DNA of 64,000 bases from Solirubrobacterales bacterium. GTDB taxonomy: Bacteria > Actinomycetota > Thermoleophilia > Solirubrobacterales > 70-9. Position numbers and translations under genes: made by a program. The DNA lies in assembly GCA_036403715.1 (NCBI GenBank), contig DASWQL010000005.1, positions 2,295 to 66,294 of the forward strand, given 5' to 3'. Below, in pieces: positions 17,805 through 26,358 of the stretch. The notes under the pieces are model-generated. The model worked only from the letters and a program-made list of their open reading frames with translations, ran no database searches and was not told where the DNA came from. Numbering within the stretch: the stretch's first letter is position 1; the number at the start of each line of letters is the position of its first letter.

Positions 17805-18398
17805 TCACCGTGACTCCATAACGGGAGGCTCGGCGCCGGGCGGCCTGCGGGCTGCCGCGCCACCTTCGCTCTCAGTGTCCGCTCCCAGCCAGCGAGCGGC
17901 CAGCAGCACCGTCACGGGCACCACGGCGGCGGTGCTGAGGGCCAGGAACCACCACTCGGTCGCATCGCTGCCGGCGCCGATCGTGTGGGCGACGGCGAGC
18001 AGCCAGAAGGCAGCGGTGAGGCGGTGGGCACGGCGCCAGAGGGCGGCGCCGATCCGGTTGCGGAGGTAGTAGGAGAGCCCGAGGGCAGCGAGGCCGTAAG
18101 CGGCGACGATTCCCAGTCCGGTCCAAATCGGCCGGTAGGCACCGGCGAAGGGAATCGAGATGCCGGTGAGGCCTGGATGCAGCCAGGCGTCGCCGAGCAG
18201 GGAGACACCATGCAGAGCGACCATCGAGAGGGTGGCGAGCGAAAGTGCCTCGTGGACCGCCCGCAGATCGCGCTTGCTGACGGATTTCGCCCCCGAGGCC
18301 ATCATCAAGCCCAGGGCGACGGCGGCGCTGGAGAGCAGCAGCGCCGCACCGCCGGCGGCGCGGCTGGTGATCCAGAAGAGGTGCGGGGCGGCGTTCAA
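17805..18398 (-). CDS. Ferric-reductase-like transmembrane domain protein (MsrQ-like)
   Basis: Six TM helices with conserved His pairs (VHEALSLATLSMVALHGVS; AFWLLAVAHTIG). It overlaps the ApbE gene by 4 nt. Confidence 0.6.
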   Translation of the reverse strand: MNAAPHLFWITSRAAGGAALLLSSAAVALGLMMASGAKSVSKRDLRAVHEALSLATLSMVALHGVSLLGDAWLHPGLTGISIPFAGAYRPIWTGLGIVAAYGLAALGLSYYLRNRIGAALWRRAHRLTAAFWLLAVAHTIGAGSDATEWWFLALSTAAVVPVTVLLAARWLGADTESEGGAAARRPPGAEPPVMESR

Positions 18399-19357
18399 GT
18401 CGTCGCCGCCGTCGCCGGGGTCGACGTCCGGGCCGGCGTCCGATCGACGACTTCGACGACGCCGTCCGCGAGCACGACGACGCCACCGAACGGGAGTCGA
18501 GCGGGCGCCGACTGCGGTCCGGAGAGCAGCGCCTGCTTGGCGTAGACCTCGGCGAGGAAGGCGCTGGGCGCCTCCGCGGTGACCTGGACGACGCCGGTGA
18601 AGGCGGGTCTGCCGGTGAAGGGATCGAGCAGGTGGTGCGCGTGCTCGCCGTCGGGCCCGAGCCAGCTGCGTCGGTCGATCCCGCTCGTCGCCACGGCGCC
18701 GTCGCTGACCCGAAGCGAGTGAATCGGCGGACCGCCCAAGGGGTCCTCTACGAGCACCTTCCGCGCCCGGCCATCGCTGCCGCCGATGCGGATGTCGCCG
18801 CAGCAGTCGACCGCGTAGCGCGGATGCTCGCGCAGAGCCGCGCCGGCGAGGTCGGCGAGCAGCCCCTTGCCGACGCCGCCGCTGTCGATCCTCACTCCGG
18901 GCGGCCGCGAGACGGTGCCACGGGCGCGATCGACGGAGATTCTGCTCCAGCGGCGAGCCGGGTCCGCTGCGGCCTCTGCGCGGTTGTGCGGCGCCGTCGC
19001 CCGCGGCGACGCCGGCGACCTCGGCCCTGGCGCCATCGAGTCGCGGTAGCCCGCCCGCTCGAGCTCGTCGAGGAGGGTGCCGTCGACCAGCCCCTCGCTG
19101 AGCGAGCCGGCGCGACGCACGGCAGCGGCCAGCTCGAGCATCGTCGCGCTCGCCGGGACCGTGCCCCGCGGGTCGCGATTGAGCCGCGAGAGCTCGCTCT
19201 CCGGCAGAAAGCGGGAGAGGCGGCCGTGCGCCTCGAGCAGGAAGGCCTCAGCACGCGCAATCGCTTGCTCGGGGCCGCGACCGCCGGCGGAGCCGCCGAC
19301 GTGGATCGTCACCGTGCCGCCGAAGCAATCGAAGGCGCGTTTGGCTTCGCCGCTCAC
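18395..19357 (-). CDS. apbE: FAD:protein FMN transferase (ApbE family)
   Basis: Contains RFLPESELSRLN, IDSGGVGKGLLAD, VATSGIDRR and HHLLDPFTGRPA, the ApbE motifs. No N-terminal signal peptide is visible. Confidence 0.8.
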   Translation of the reverse strand: MSGEAKRAFDCFGGTVTIHVGGSAGGRGPEQAIARAEAFLLEAHGRLSRFLPESELSRLNRDPRGTVPASATMLELAAAVRRAGSLSEGLVDGTLLDELERAGYRDSMAPGPRSPASPRATAPHNRAEAAADPARRWSRISVDRARGTVSRPPGVRIDSGGVGKGLLADLAGAALREHPRYAVDCCGDIRIGGSDGRARKVLVEDPLGGPPIHSLRVSDGAVATSGIDRRSWLGPDGEHAHHLLDPFTGRPAFTGVVQVTAEAPSAFLAEVYAKQALLSGPQSAPARLPFGGVVVLADGVVEVVDRTPARTSTPATAATT

Positions 19358-19764
19358 GACTGCCCGGTCGTCACCGCTTCGAGTTCGATCGCTTCGGCTT
19401 CGGCTTGAGCCCGTGCTTCGGCTTCGGCCAGCGCTTCCGCTTCCAGCGCTTCGGCTTCGGCCTCCGCTTCTGGTTCCGTCGCTTCGGCTTCCGCTTCCGT
19501 TGCTTCAGGTTCGGCATCCGTCGCCACGCCTTCGACTTCGCGCGCCCTCGTTGCTTCAGCCCCACGCTTGGCGGCAGCCGAGGTCTGTCCGAGGACGGGG
19601 TCGTTGCCGGTGGCCAGCTGGACGAAGATGACGCACCAAAGCAGCACGAAGGTGGCGATCGTTACGGCGACGACGCGGTTGCGCAGCACCCCCAAGCGGC
19701 GTCGCTGAGCATCGAGGCGATGTTCGGCCAGGCGCTTGCGATCTCGCTTTTCGTGGCTATCCAT
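19354..19764 (-). CDS. Membrane-anchored protein with an (E/A)-repeat tail (136 aa)
   Basis: Basic N-terminus, one TM (VVAVTIATFVLLWCVIFVQL), then EPEATEAEAEATEPEAEAEAEALEAEALAEAEARAQAEAEA. The stop overlaps the apbE start. Confidence 0.5.
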   Translation of the reverse strand: MDSHEKRDRKRLAEHRLDAQRRRLGVLRNRVVAVTIATFVLLWCVIFVQLATGNDPVLGQTSAAAKRGAEATRAREVEGVATDAEPEATEAEAEATEPEAEAEAEALEAEALAEAEARAQAEAEAIELEAVTTGQS

Positions 19765-19820
19765 GCCGCCGACCTTGGCCCAGCTAAGGCAACGGCAGCT
19801 AAGAGCGGAATGAGAATTCT

Positions 19821-20027
19821 CTAAGAGTGCAGGATGGCCCGAATCATCGATTCCACGCCTATCCAGGCGACGATCACAACCAGTACCAACAGCGCGACGA
19901 ATCCGACGATCCCGATTCCGGCGGCGAGAAGGAAGCCAAGGAGGGCTAGCCCGATTGCGGCGAGCAGGTCGGCGAGCAGGGCTCGGCGCGCGGCGGCGGC
20001 CGGCGAAACCTCCCGCGGCGGCCTCAC
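19821..20027 (-). CDS. Small hydrophobic protein (68 aa, 2 TM)
   Basis: GTG at 20027 overlaps the TGA of the upstream gene (GTGA). The sequence is ...LLADLLAAIGLALLGFLLAAGIGIVGFVALLVLVVIVAWIGV..., the C-terminal end of spurious track ORF 19821..21140. Confidence 0.45.
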   Translation of the reverse strand: MRPPREVSPAAAARRALLADLLAAIGLALLGFLLAAGIGIVGFVALLVLVVIVAWIGVESMIRAILHS

Positions 20028-21184
20028 CAGCGGCTCCCGGCGCGGAGGCGGACGGCGAAGAAATCGCGTTCGTCCGGGGTCAAATAGCGTTCGGGCGAGC
20101 GAAACATTTCCGGCAGCAGGTTGCTCGGTTCGACGCCTCCGGGATGGCGGTAGCTGATGAAGCTGGTCCAGTCTTCGTTGATGTCGAGCTCCAGGGCGCG
20201 GACCGCACCGGCTCGCTGCAGGATCTTCGCCAGCGATTCGACGGTCTGATAGTTCGCCGCCGCGTAGATCAGGTTGCCGCGGCGATCGATGCCAAGGCCC
20301 GAGCGCCAGACCCGTATCGCGTTGTTGACGGTGTCTCCCCATTCGGCACCGTCGCTCAGGTTGGGATTGAGGCGGCCTTCGTAGACGATCGGCGGCAGGT
20401 TCTGCTTGGCGAACCAGACGTCGGCCGGGGCGCCGGAGCCGTGATGCCAGCGAACGAGGTCCACCCGTCCGTCGCGGTACTCGACCAGGGTCGCGATCCC
20501 GTTGACCATCGCTTCCCTGACCCTGCCCCGGTATACGAGGCCGGCATTCGAGGTTTCGAGCGGGAAGCCGCCGTTGAAGGTAGCGACCAGGCCTCCGCGC
20601 CGGCTGGGCGGGACCTCCCCGGAGCCACGGTGCGCGAGGGGTTCGGGAGGCTCCACCAGACCAGGCATGTATTCGAGGTGGGTGAGGGAGGAATCGATCC
20701 AGGCGACACCGGCGACGAACTGCGGGTATTCGGGGTCGCTGCGGAAGCTGGTGAGCAGGACCGCTGGTCGCGATCCGGCCCCCGACGCCGCCGGCTTCCA
20801 GACGCCCTCGCCGGGAAGCGCGGGGTGGATGATCGGCGCCACCCTCGGCGGCAGGTACGCGGCCTTCCGCACCAGTTCCCGGGGCCCCTCCGCGGCGGTC
20901 GCTCCGACTCGAGGCAGTGAGCGCAGCGGCGGACCGCCCTTTTCCGGGGCGTTGAGGGTGTAGTACCAATTCTCGATCTGAGAGACCAACGAGTTGCCGC
21001 CGTTCTGGCGCAGCCACTCGACGCTGGAGACCCCGAGGCCGACGTTGTGCTTTTCGGTCATTGCCTGCAGGTAGGAGATCCCGGCCGGCACCAGGCCGAG
21101 AATCGCCGCGAACAACAGGATTCTCCGCGCTCGGCGCCACAGTGGGATCGGCCGGTGACGACGCTCGGTCCGAGCGAGAGCCAT
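20024..21184 (-). CDS. Phosphodiester glycosidase family protein (DUF2233-like), membrane anchored
   Basis: N-terminal TM ILLFAAILGLVPAGISYL. The C-terminal part ATFNGGF...GIATLVEY...AKQNLPPIV...RSGLGIDRRGNLIYAAA...ALELD matches the DUF2233 pattern. The start is taken as ATG 21184, with 21238 as an alternative. Confidence 0.65.
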   Translation of the reverse strand: MALARTERRHRPIPLWRRARRILLFAAILGLVPAGISYLQAMTEKHNVGLGVSSVEWLRQNGGNSLVSQIENWYYTLNAPEKGGPPLRSLPRVGATAAEGPRELVRKAAYLPPRVAPIIHPALPGEGVWKPAASGAGSRPAVLLTSFRSDPEYPQFVAGVAWIDSSLTHLEYMPGLVEPPEPLAHRGSGEVPPSRRGGLVATFNGGFPLETSNAGLVYRGRVREAMVNGIATLVEYRDGRVDLVRWHHGSGAPADVWFAKQNLPPIVYEGRLNPNLSDGAEWGDTVNNAIRVWRSGLGIDRRGNLIYAAANYQTVESLAKILQRAGAVRALELDINEDWTSFISYRHPGGVEPSNLLPEMFRSPERYLTPDERDFFAVRLRAGSRW

Positions 21185-21317
21185 CGGCGAAGCGTCCCAG
21201 GGCTTCCTGAAGAAAAGATGAGAGTCGCGCCCGCGCAAGGCGCGCAGCCTCCTTCGGGCCGGCGATCTCGGCGTGTCAGAGTTATTTCAGGACGTCTCGC
21301 CAGATCGGCCGCATTCA

Positions 21318-22520
21318 ATGCCCCAAAGGAGGTCCGCCGTGTCCGCTCTTCGTCGCATCTCGACCCGAAGGCTGTGGGTCATCTGCGCGCTCACCCTCGC
21401 TGCTGCGATCGGAATCGTGGCCGTCGCGACGGCGACGGAAGGGAGCGGCCCGAAGCCGGCGCCGAAGCCGCTCGCCAACGCCGTCCAGGACGCCCTCGGG
21501 GGGCCGAGCCCGCCGGGCATCAGCGCCCGGATCAAGTTCACCAACCACCTCGTCAGCTCCGCGAGCATCGAAGGCGCCGACCCGCTTCTCGCCGGCGCCT
21601 CGGGTCGCCTCTGGGCCTCTCCCGAAGGCGGCGGCAAGCTCCGCCTCGAGCTGCAGTCCGAAGTCGGCGGCGGCGGCGACACGCAGCTGCTGGTCATCGG
21701 CCGGCACTTCCAGCTCTACGACGGCGGCTCGGAAACCGTCTACGAAGGCACCCTGCCCGAAGAAGGGAAGGGGTCTGCCTCCGGCGACCAGTCCGTCCCT
21801 GGGCTGGGACAGATCGAAGCCGGGATCGCCGAGCTCGAAGAGCACGCCGACCTCAGCGGCGCGACGCCGTCCGACGTCGCCGGCCGGCCGACCTACACCG
21901 TGCGCGTCACGCCGGAGCACGACGGCGGCCTGCTCGGGGCCGCCGAGATCGCCTGGGATGCGGAAAACGGCACGCCGCTTCGCGCCGCGGTCTACTCCAG
22001 CGCCGACAGCTCGCCGGTCCTGCAGCTCGAGGCGACCGAAGTCTCCTTGGAAGCCGTCCCCGCGTCGGTATTCGAAATCTCGCCACCGGAAGGGGCGAAG
22101 GTGGTCGACCTCAGTCCGCCGGGCGAATCCGGCGCCGGGCAGCAGGAGCCGAGCTCGAAGGTGGGACTCGATGCCGTCAAGAGCAGCGTCGACTTCAAGC
22201 TGGTCGCGCCCGAATCGCTCACGGGGTTGCCGCGGGACGAAGTCCGGAGCATCGAAGTCGACGGCAGTAGTGCGGCGCTCGTCACCTACGGCGAAGGGCC
22301 CGGCGGCATCGCGGTGATCGAGTCGGCGAGCGAAGCGGGCGGTCCGCAACCGGCAGAAGGCGGCTTCAGCCTGCCGAAGGTATCGATCGACGGCGCTCAA
22401 GGCGAAGAGCTCGAAACCGCCCTCGGCACCGCGCTGCGGTTCACTCGCGGTGGCGTCGACTACGTCGTCGTCGGGTCGGTGCCTGCGGCCACGGCAGAGG
22501 CCGCGGCGAGGGCGCTCTGA
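21318..22520 (+). CDS. LolA/RseB-fold (DUF4367-like) membrane-anchored protein
   Basis: Signal-anchor LWVICALTLAAAIGIVAVA. This is followed by ARIKFTNHL...GRLWASPEGGGKLRLELQSE...LLVIGRHFQLYDG, typical of LolA-like anti-sigma-associated proteins. Confidence 0.55.
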   Translation: MPQRRSAVSALRRISTRRLWVICALTLAAAIGIVAVATATEGSGPKPAPKPLANAVQDALGGPSPPGISARIKFTNHLVSSASIEGADPLLAGASGRLWASPEGGGKLRLELQSEVGGGGDTQLLVIGRHFQLYDGGSETVYEGTLPEEGKGSASGDQSVPGLGQIEAGIAELEEHADLSGATPSDVAGRPTYTVRVTPEHDGGLLGAAEIAWDAENGTPLRAAVYSSADSSPVLQLEATEVSLEAVPASVFEISPPEGAKVVDLSPPGESGAGQQEPSSKVGLDAVKSSVDFKLVAPESLTGLPRDEVRSIEVDGSSAALVTYGEGPGGIAVIESASEAGGPQPAEGGFSLPKVSIDGAQGEELETALGTALRFTRGGVDYVVVGSVPAATAEAAARAL

Positions 22521-22524
22521 GCCG

Positions 22525-23487
22525 GTGGCGGAGAAGGCACCGATCGAGGTAAGGGGGCTCAGCAAGACCTACGGCGATCTCGTCGCGGTGGACAACGTCG
22601 ACCTGACGGTCGAGCCCGGCGACGTCTTCGGATACCTGGGGCCGAACGGTGCCGGCAAGACGACGTCGCTGCGGATGATGCTGGGATTGATCCGCCCGAG
22701 CGCCGGCAGCGTTCGGCTCTTCGGCCGCGACCCGCAGCTCAGCGTCAGGGCGCTGGAGGGCGTCGCCGGCTTCGTCGAAGCGCCGTCCTTCTATCCGTAT
22801 CTCAGCGGCCGCACCAATCTCGACCTGCTCGCGGCGCTCGACGGGGACGGTGCGGCGGGCAGGATCGAGGAGGCGCTGGAGATCGTCGGCCTCGCCACTC
22901 GCGCCAAGGACCGCGTCGGCACCTACTCCCACGGGATGCGCCAGCGGCTCGGGATCGCCGCGGCGCTGCTGCGCGAGCCGCGTCTGATGCTGCTCGACGA
23001 GCCGGCCACCGGCCTCGATCCGGCGGGGATGCGCGACATGCGCGACCTGATCCGGGACCTCTCCGCCCGCGGCATGACGGTGCTGCTGTCCAGCCACCTG
23101 CTGACCGAGGTCGAAGAGCTCTGCAACCGGGTGGCAATCGTCCGCCAGGGCGGTGTCGCCTACCAGGGCTCGCTTGCCGAGCTGCGGCGCCAGGCGGGCG
23201 GCGGCTACCTGCTGCGAAGCAGCGACGACGAGCTGGCGCGCAGGGTCGCCGAGGCCCAGGCGGGCATCTCGGAGGTCCGCGCCGGCGTCGACGGCGGGCT
23301 GGCCTTCGGCGCCGAGAGCGCGGACACGGTCGGCGCGCTCTCGCTGGCGCTGGTCGAGGCGGGAGCCCTGATCCGCGAGCTCAGTCCCCGTCACGCGACG
23401 CTCGAGGACCTCTTCTTCAGGCTCACCGAGGGGGAGACCTCGGGGGCCCCGCAACCGGTCGACCCGGCGCTCGAGGAGGCGGCGTGA
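22525..23487 (+). CDS. ABC transporter ATP-binding protein (ABC-2/DrrA-like)
   Basis: Walker A GPNGAGKTT, signature YSHGMRQRL, Walker B LMLLDEPATGLD. GTG 22525 lies 5 nt after the upstream stop. Confidence 0.85.
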   Translation: MAEKAPIEVRGLSKTYGDLVAVDNVDLTVEPGDVFGYLGPNGAGKTTSLRMMLGLIRPSAGSVRLFGRDPQLSVRALEGVAGFVEAPSFYPYLSGRTNLDLLAALDGDGAAGRIEEALEIVGLATRAKDRVGTYSHGMRQRLGIAAALLREPRLMLLDEPATGLDPAGMRDMRDLIRDLSARGMTVLLSSHLLTEVEELCNRVAIVRQGGVAYQGSLAELRRQAGGGYLLRSSDDELARRVAEAQAGISEVRAGVDGGLAFGAESADTVGALSLALVEAGALIRELSPRHATLEDLFFRLTEGETSGAPQPVDPALEEAA

Positions 23488-24302
23488 ACCCGGGGACCCT
23501 GACCGTCTACCGCTGGGAGCTGCGCAAGCTGCGCTCCCAGAAGCGCACCTTCCTCGGTCTCGGGGCGGCCGCCCTCGTCCCGATCATCTTCGTCGTCGCC
23601 ATGGTGGTCCGCGGCGAAACTCCAAACGACGTCGCCTTCGGCCGCTATGTCCACGACACCGGGCTGGCGGTGCCGCTGGTCCTGCTGCTGTTCGGCTCGG
23701 TCTGGATGTTTCCCCTGATCACCGCTCTGGTCGCCGGCGACATAGTCGCCGCCGAGGAACGCAACCAGACCCTGAAGACGATCCTCACGCGCTCGGTCGA
23801 GCGGCATCAGATCTTCGCCGGCAAGACCCTGGCGACCTTCACCTACGCGGTGGCGGCGATCGCCCTCTCCGGGATCGTCGCCCTGGTCGCCGGCATCCTC
23901 GCCTCCGGCTTCAATTCGATCGTCAGCCTCTCCGGGACGCGCGTCTCGGCAATGGAAGGCCTGGTCCTGGTCGGCGCCAGCCTCGCGGTCTACCTGATCC
24001 CGATCGCCGCGATCGCCTGCATCGGCCTGCTCTTCTCGACCCTCTTCCGCAACAGCGCCGCGGCGATCGTCGGCACCCTGATGTTCACCCTGCTGATCCA
24101 GCTGATCGCGATCCTGCCGGGACTCGAAGGCCTCGTCCCGTACCTGCTGAGCACGCAGTACAACGCCTGGCAGGGGCTTCTGCGCTCGCCGATCGACTGG
24201 GCTCCGATCGTTCGCGCCGCCTGGGTCTGCGCCATCTACGGAGTGCCGGCGCTGATCGCCGCCGGGCTCGTCTTCCTGCGCCGCGACGTCGCCGGCGACT
24301 GA
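23484..24302 (+). CDS. ABC-2 type transporter permease
   Basis: Six TM segments. The start overlaps the ATPase stop (GTGA). Confidence 0.75.
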   Translation: MNPGTLTVYRWELRKLRSQKRTFLGLGAAALVPIIFVVAMVVRGETPNDVAFGRYVHDTGLAVPLVLLLFGSVWMFPLITALVAGDIVAAEERNQTLKTILTRSVERHQIFAGKTLATFTYAVAAIALSGIVALVAGILASGFNSIVSLSGTRVSAMEGLVLVGASLAVYLIPIAAIACIGLLFSTLFRNSAAAIVGTLMFTLLIQLIAILPGLEGLVPYLLSTQYNAWQGLLRSPIDWAPIVRAAWVCAIYGVPALIAAGLVFLRRDVAGD

Positions 24303-24311
24303 CGAGCCGGC

Positions 24312-24329
24312 TCTCATCTCCGATTTAGC
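24312..24329 (+). promoter_or_regulatory. Candidate OmpR-family response-regulator box (TCTCATC-N4-atttagc), weaker second half
   Basis: It shares GGCTCTCATCT with the boxes at 25610 and 27700 and ends 23 nt upstream of ATG 24353. Confidence 0.35.
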
Positions 24330-24352
24330 GCCGTACAAGACACTGCCGCGCC

Positions 24353-25603
24353 ATGAACCCCGCTCAGACTTCACCGACGCACGTTTCCACGACCGGATCG
24401 GCCAGGTCCGTCGGTCGTCAGATGCTGAACAAGGTCCCGGAGATCACCCTCTACTTCTGGGTGATCAAGATCCTCTGCACGACGGTGGGGGAGACGGCCG
24501 CCGACCTGTTGAACGAAAACCTCGGCCTCGGCCTGACCAACACGACCTACGTGATGGGTGCGCTCCTGATCGCCGTCCTGGTCGTCCAGTTCAGGACCAG
24601 GAGATACATCCCCGGCGTCTACTGGCTCGCCGTCGTTCTGATCAGCGTCGTCGGAACGCTCTTCAGCGACAACCTCGTCGACAACCTCGGGGTCGAACTG
24701 GAAACGACGACGATCGGCTTCGCCGCGATCCTCGCCGTGGTCTTCGCCAGCTGGTACGCGAGCGAGAGGACCCTCTCGATCCACACGATCGTCACCACTC
24801 GGCGCGAGGCCTTCTACTGGCTGGCGATCCTCTTCACCTTCGCCCTCGGCACCTCCGCCGGCGATTTCCTCGCCGAGCAGCTCGAACTCGGCTACCTGCC
24901 GTCGGTCGGCATCTTCGCCGGAGCGATCGCGGTGGTGGCCATCGCCCATTTCGGCCTGCGGATGAACGCGATCCTCTCCTTCTGGCTCGCCTACATCCTC
25001 ACCCGGCCCCTGGGAGCCTCGATCGGCGACTACCTGGCCTCGCCGACTGAAGAAGGAGGCCTCGGCCTCGGCACGGTTCTCACCAGCATCATCTTCCTCA
25101 GCACGATCCTCGCCCTGGTGATCTACCTGGCGGTCACCAAGCGTGACGTGATCCGCTCCGGCCCGCTGGCCGCAGCCCGCCGCGCGCTGCCTGGCGACGG
25201 GGGCGCCATCCTCGTCGTGCCCAACAAGGTCGAGGCGAGCCCGTCGCTGTTGGAGGCGGTGCGGCGCCGAGCGGCCGCCGGGCCCGTGACCTTCTTCGTT
25301 CTCGTTCCCAACCCGGACCACCTGGCATTCGATCGCAACAGCCCCGTTACCAGCGACGGCGACGCCCTGCTGGCGAAGGTGCTGCCACTGATCCAGGGGG
25401 AGGCGGGCGCGTCGGTCACCGGGCGGGTCGCCAACAGCCCCAACGCCTACGACGACATCGTCGAAGAGCTGGAGAGCGGGGACTACGGCGAGATCATCCT
25501 CGAGACTCCGCCGGCTCATTTCTCTCACTGGCTGCACGTCGACCTGCCGCACCGGATCTCCGAATTGGGATATCCGACCGAGGCGGTGCCCGCTACCGCA
25601 TAA
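24353..25603 (+). CDS. COG4705-like integral membrane protein fused to a C-terminal alpha/beta (USP-like) domain
   Basis: The N-terminal half reads KVPEITLYFWVIKILCTTVGETAADLL... with about 8 TM. The C-terminal 140 aa read ILVVPNKVEASPSLLEAV...FFVLVPNPD...YGEIILETPP. Confidence 0.6.
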   Translation: MNPAQTSPTHVSTTGSARSVGRQMLNKVPEITLYFWVIKILCTTVGETAADLLNENLGLGLTNTTYVMGALLIAVLVVQFRTRRYIPGVYWLAVVLISVVGTLFSDNLVDNLGVELETTTIGFAAILAVVFASWYASERTLSIHTIVTTRREAFYWLAILFTFALGTSAGDFLAEQLELGYLPSVGIFAGAIAVVAIAHFGLRMNAILSFWLAYILTRPLGASIGDYLASPTEEGGLGLGTVLTSIIFLSTILALVIYLAVTKRDVIRSGPLAAARRALPGDGGAILVVPNKVEASPSLLEAVRRRAAAGPVTFFVLVPNPDHLAFDRNSPVTSDGDALLAKVLPLIQGEAGASVTGRVANSPNAYDDIVEELESGDYGEIILETPPAHFSHWLHVDLPHRISELGYPTEAVPATA

Positions 25604-25609
25604 CCCGGC

Positions 25610-25627
25610 TCTCATCTGATTTTCATC
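25610..25627 (+). promoter_or_regulatory. Candidate response-regulator box: direct repeat TCTCATC-N4-TTTCATC (11-bp register)
   Basis: It ends 21 nt upstream of the RR start codon. TAATCG lies 7 nt before the ATG, consistent with a -10 element for a leaderless or short-leader mRNA. Confidence 0.45.
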
Positions 25628-25648
25628 TTTGGCGGTAATCGTGTCGGC

Positions 25649-26329
<681 letters not shown>

Positions 26330-26358
26330 GCCGCCTCTCGATCCGCCTCCGCGTCACC

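Noticed and set aside
19371-19824. Possible CRISPR-like or tandem-repeat locus at the GCTTCG tract, and ORFs 19371..19565(-) and 19405..19824(+)
   Set aside because: The periodicity is 6 nt with no spacers, so this is a codon-level (EA)n repeat inside a gene and not a CRISPR array. The extra ORFs are frame shadows (KPK and FGF repeats).
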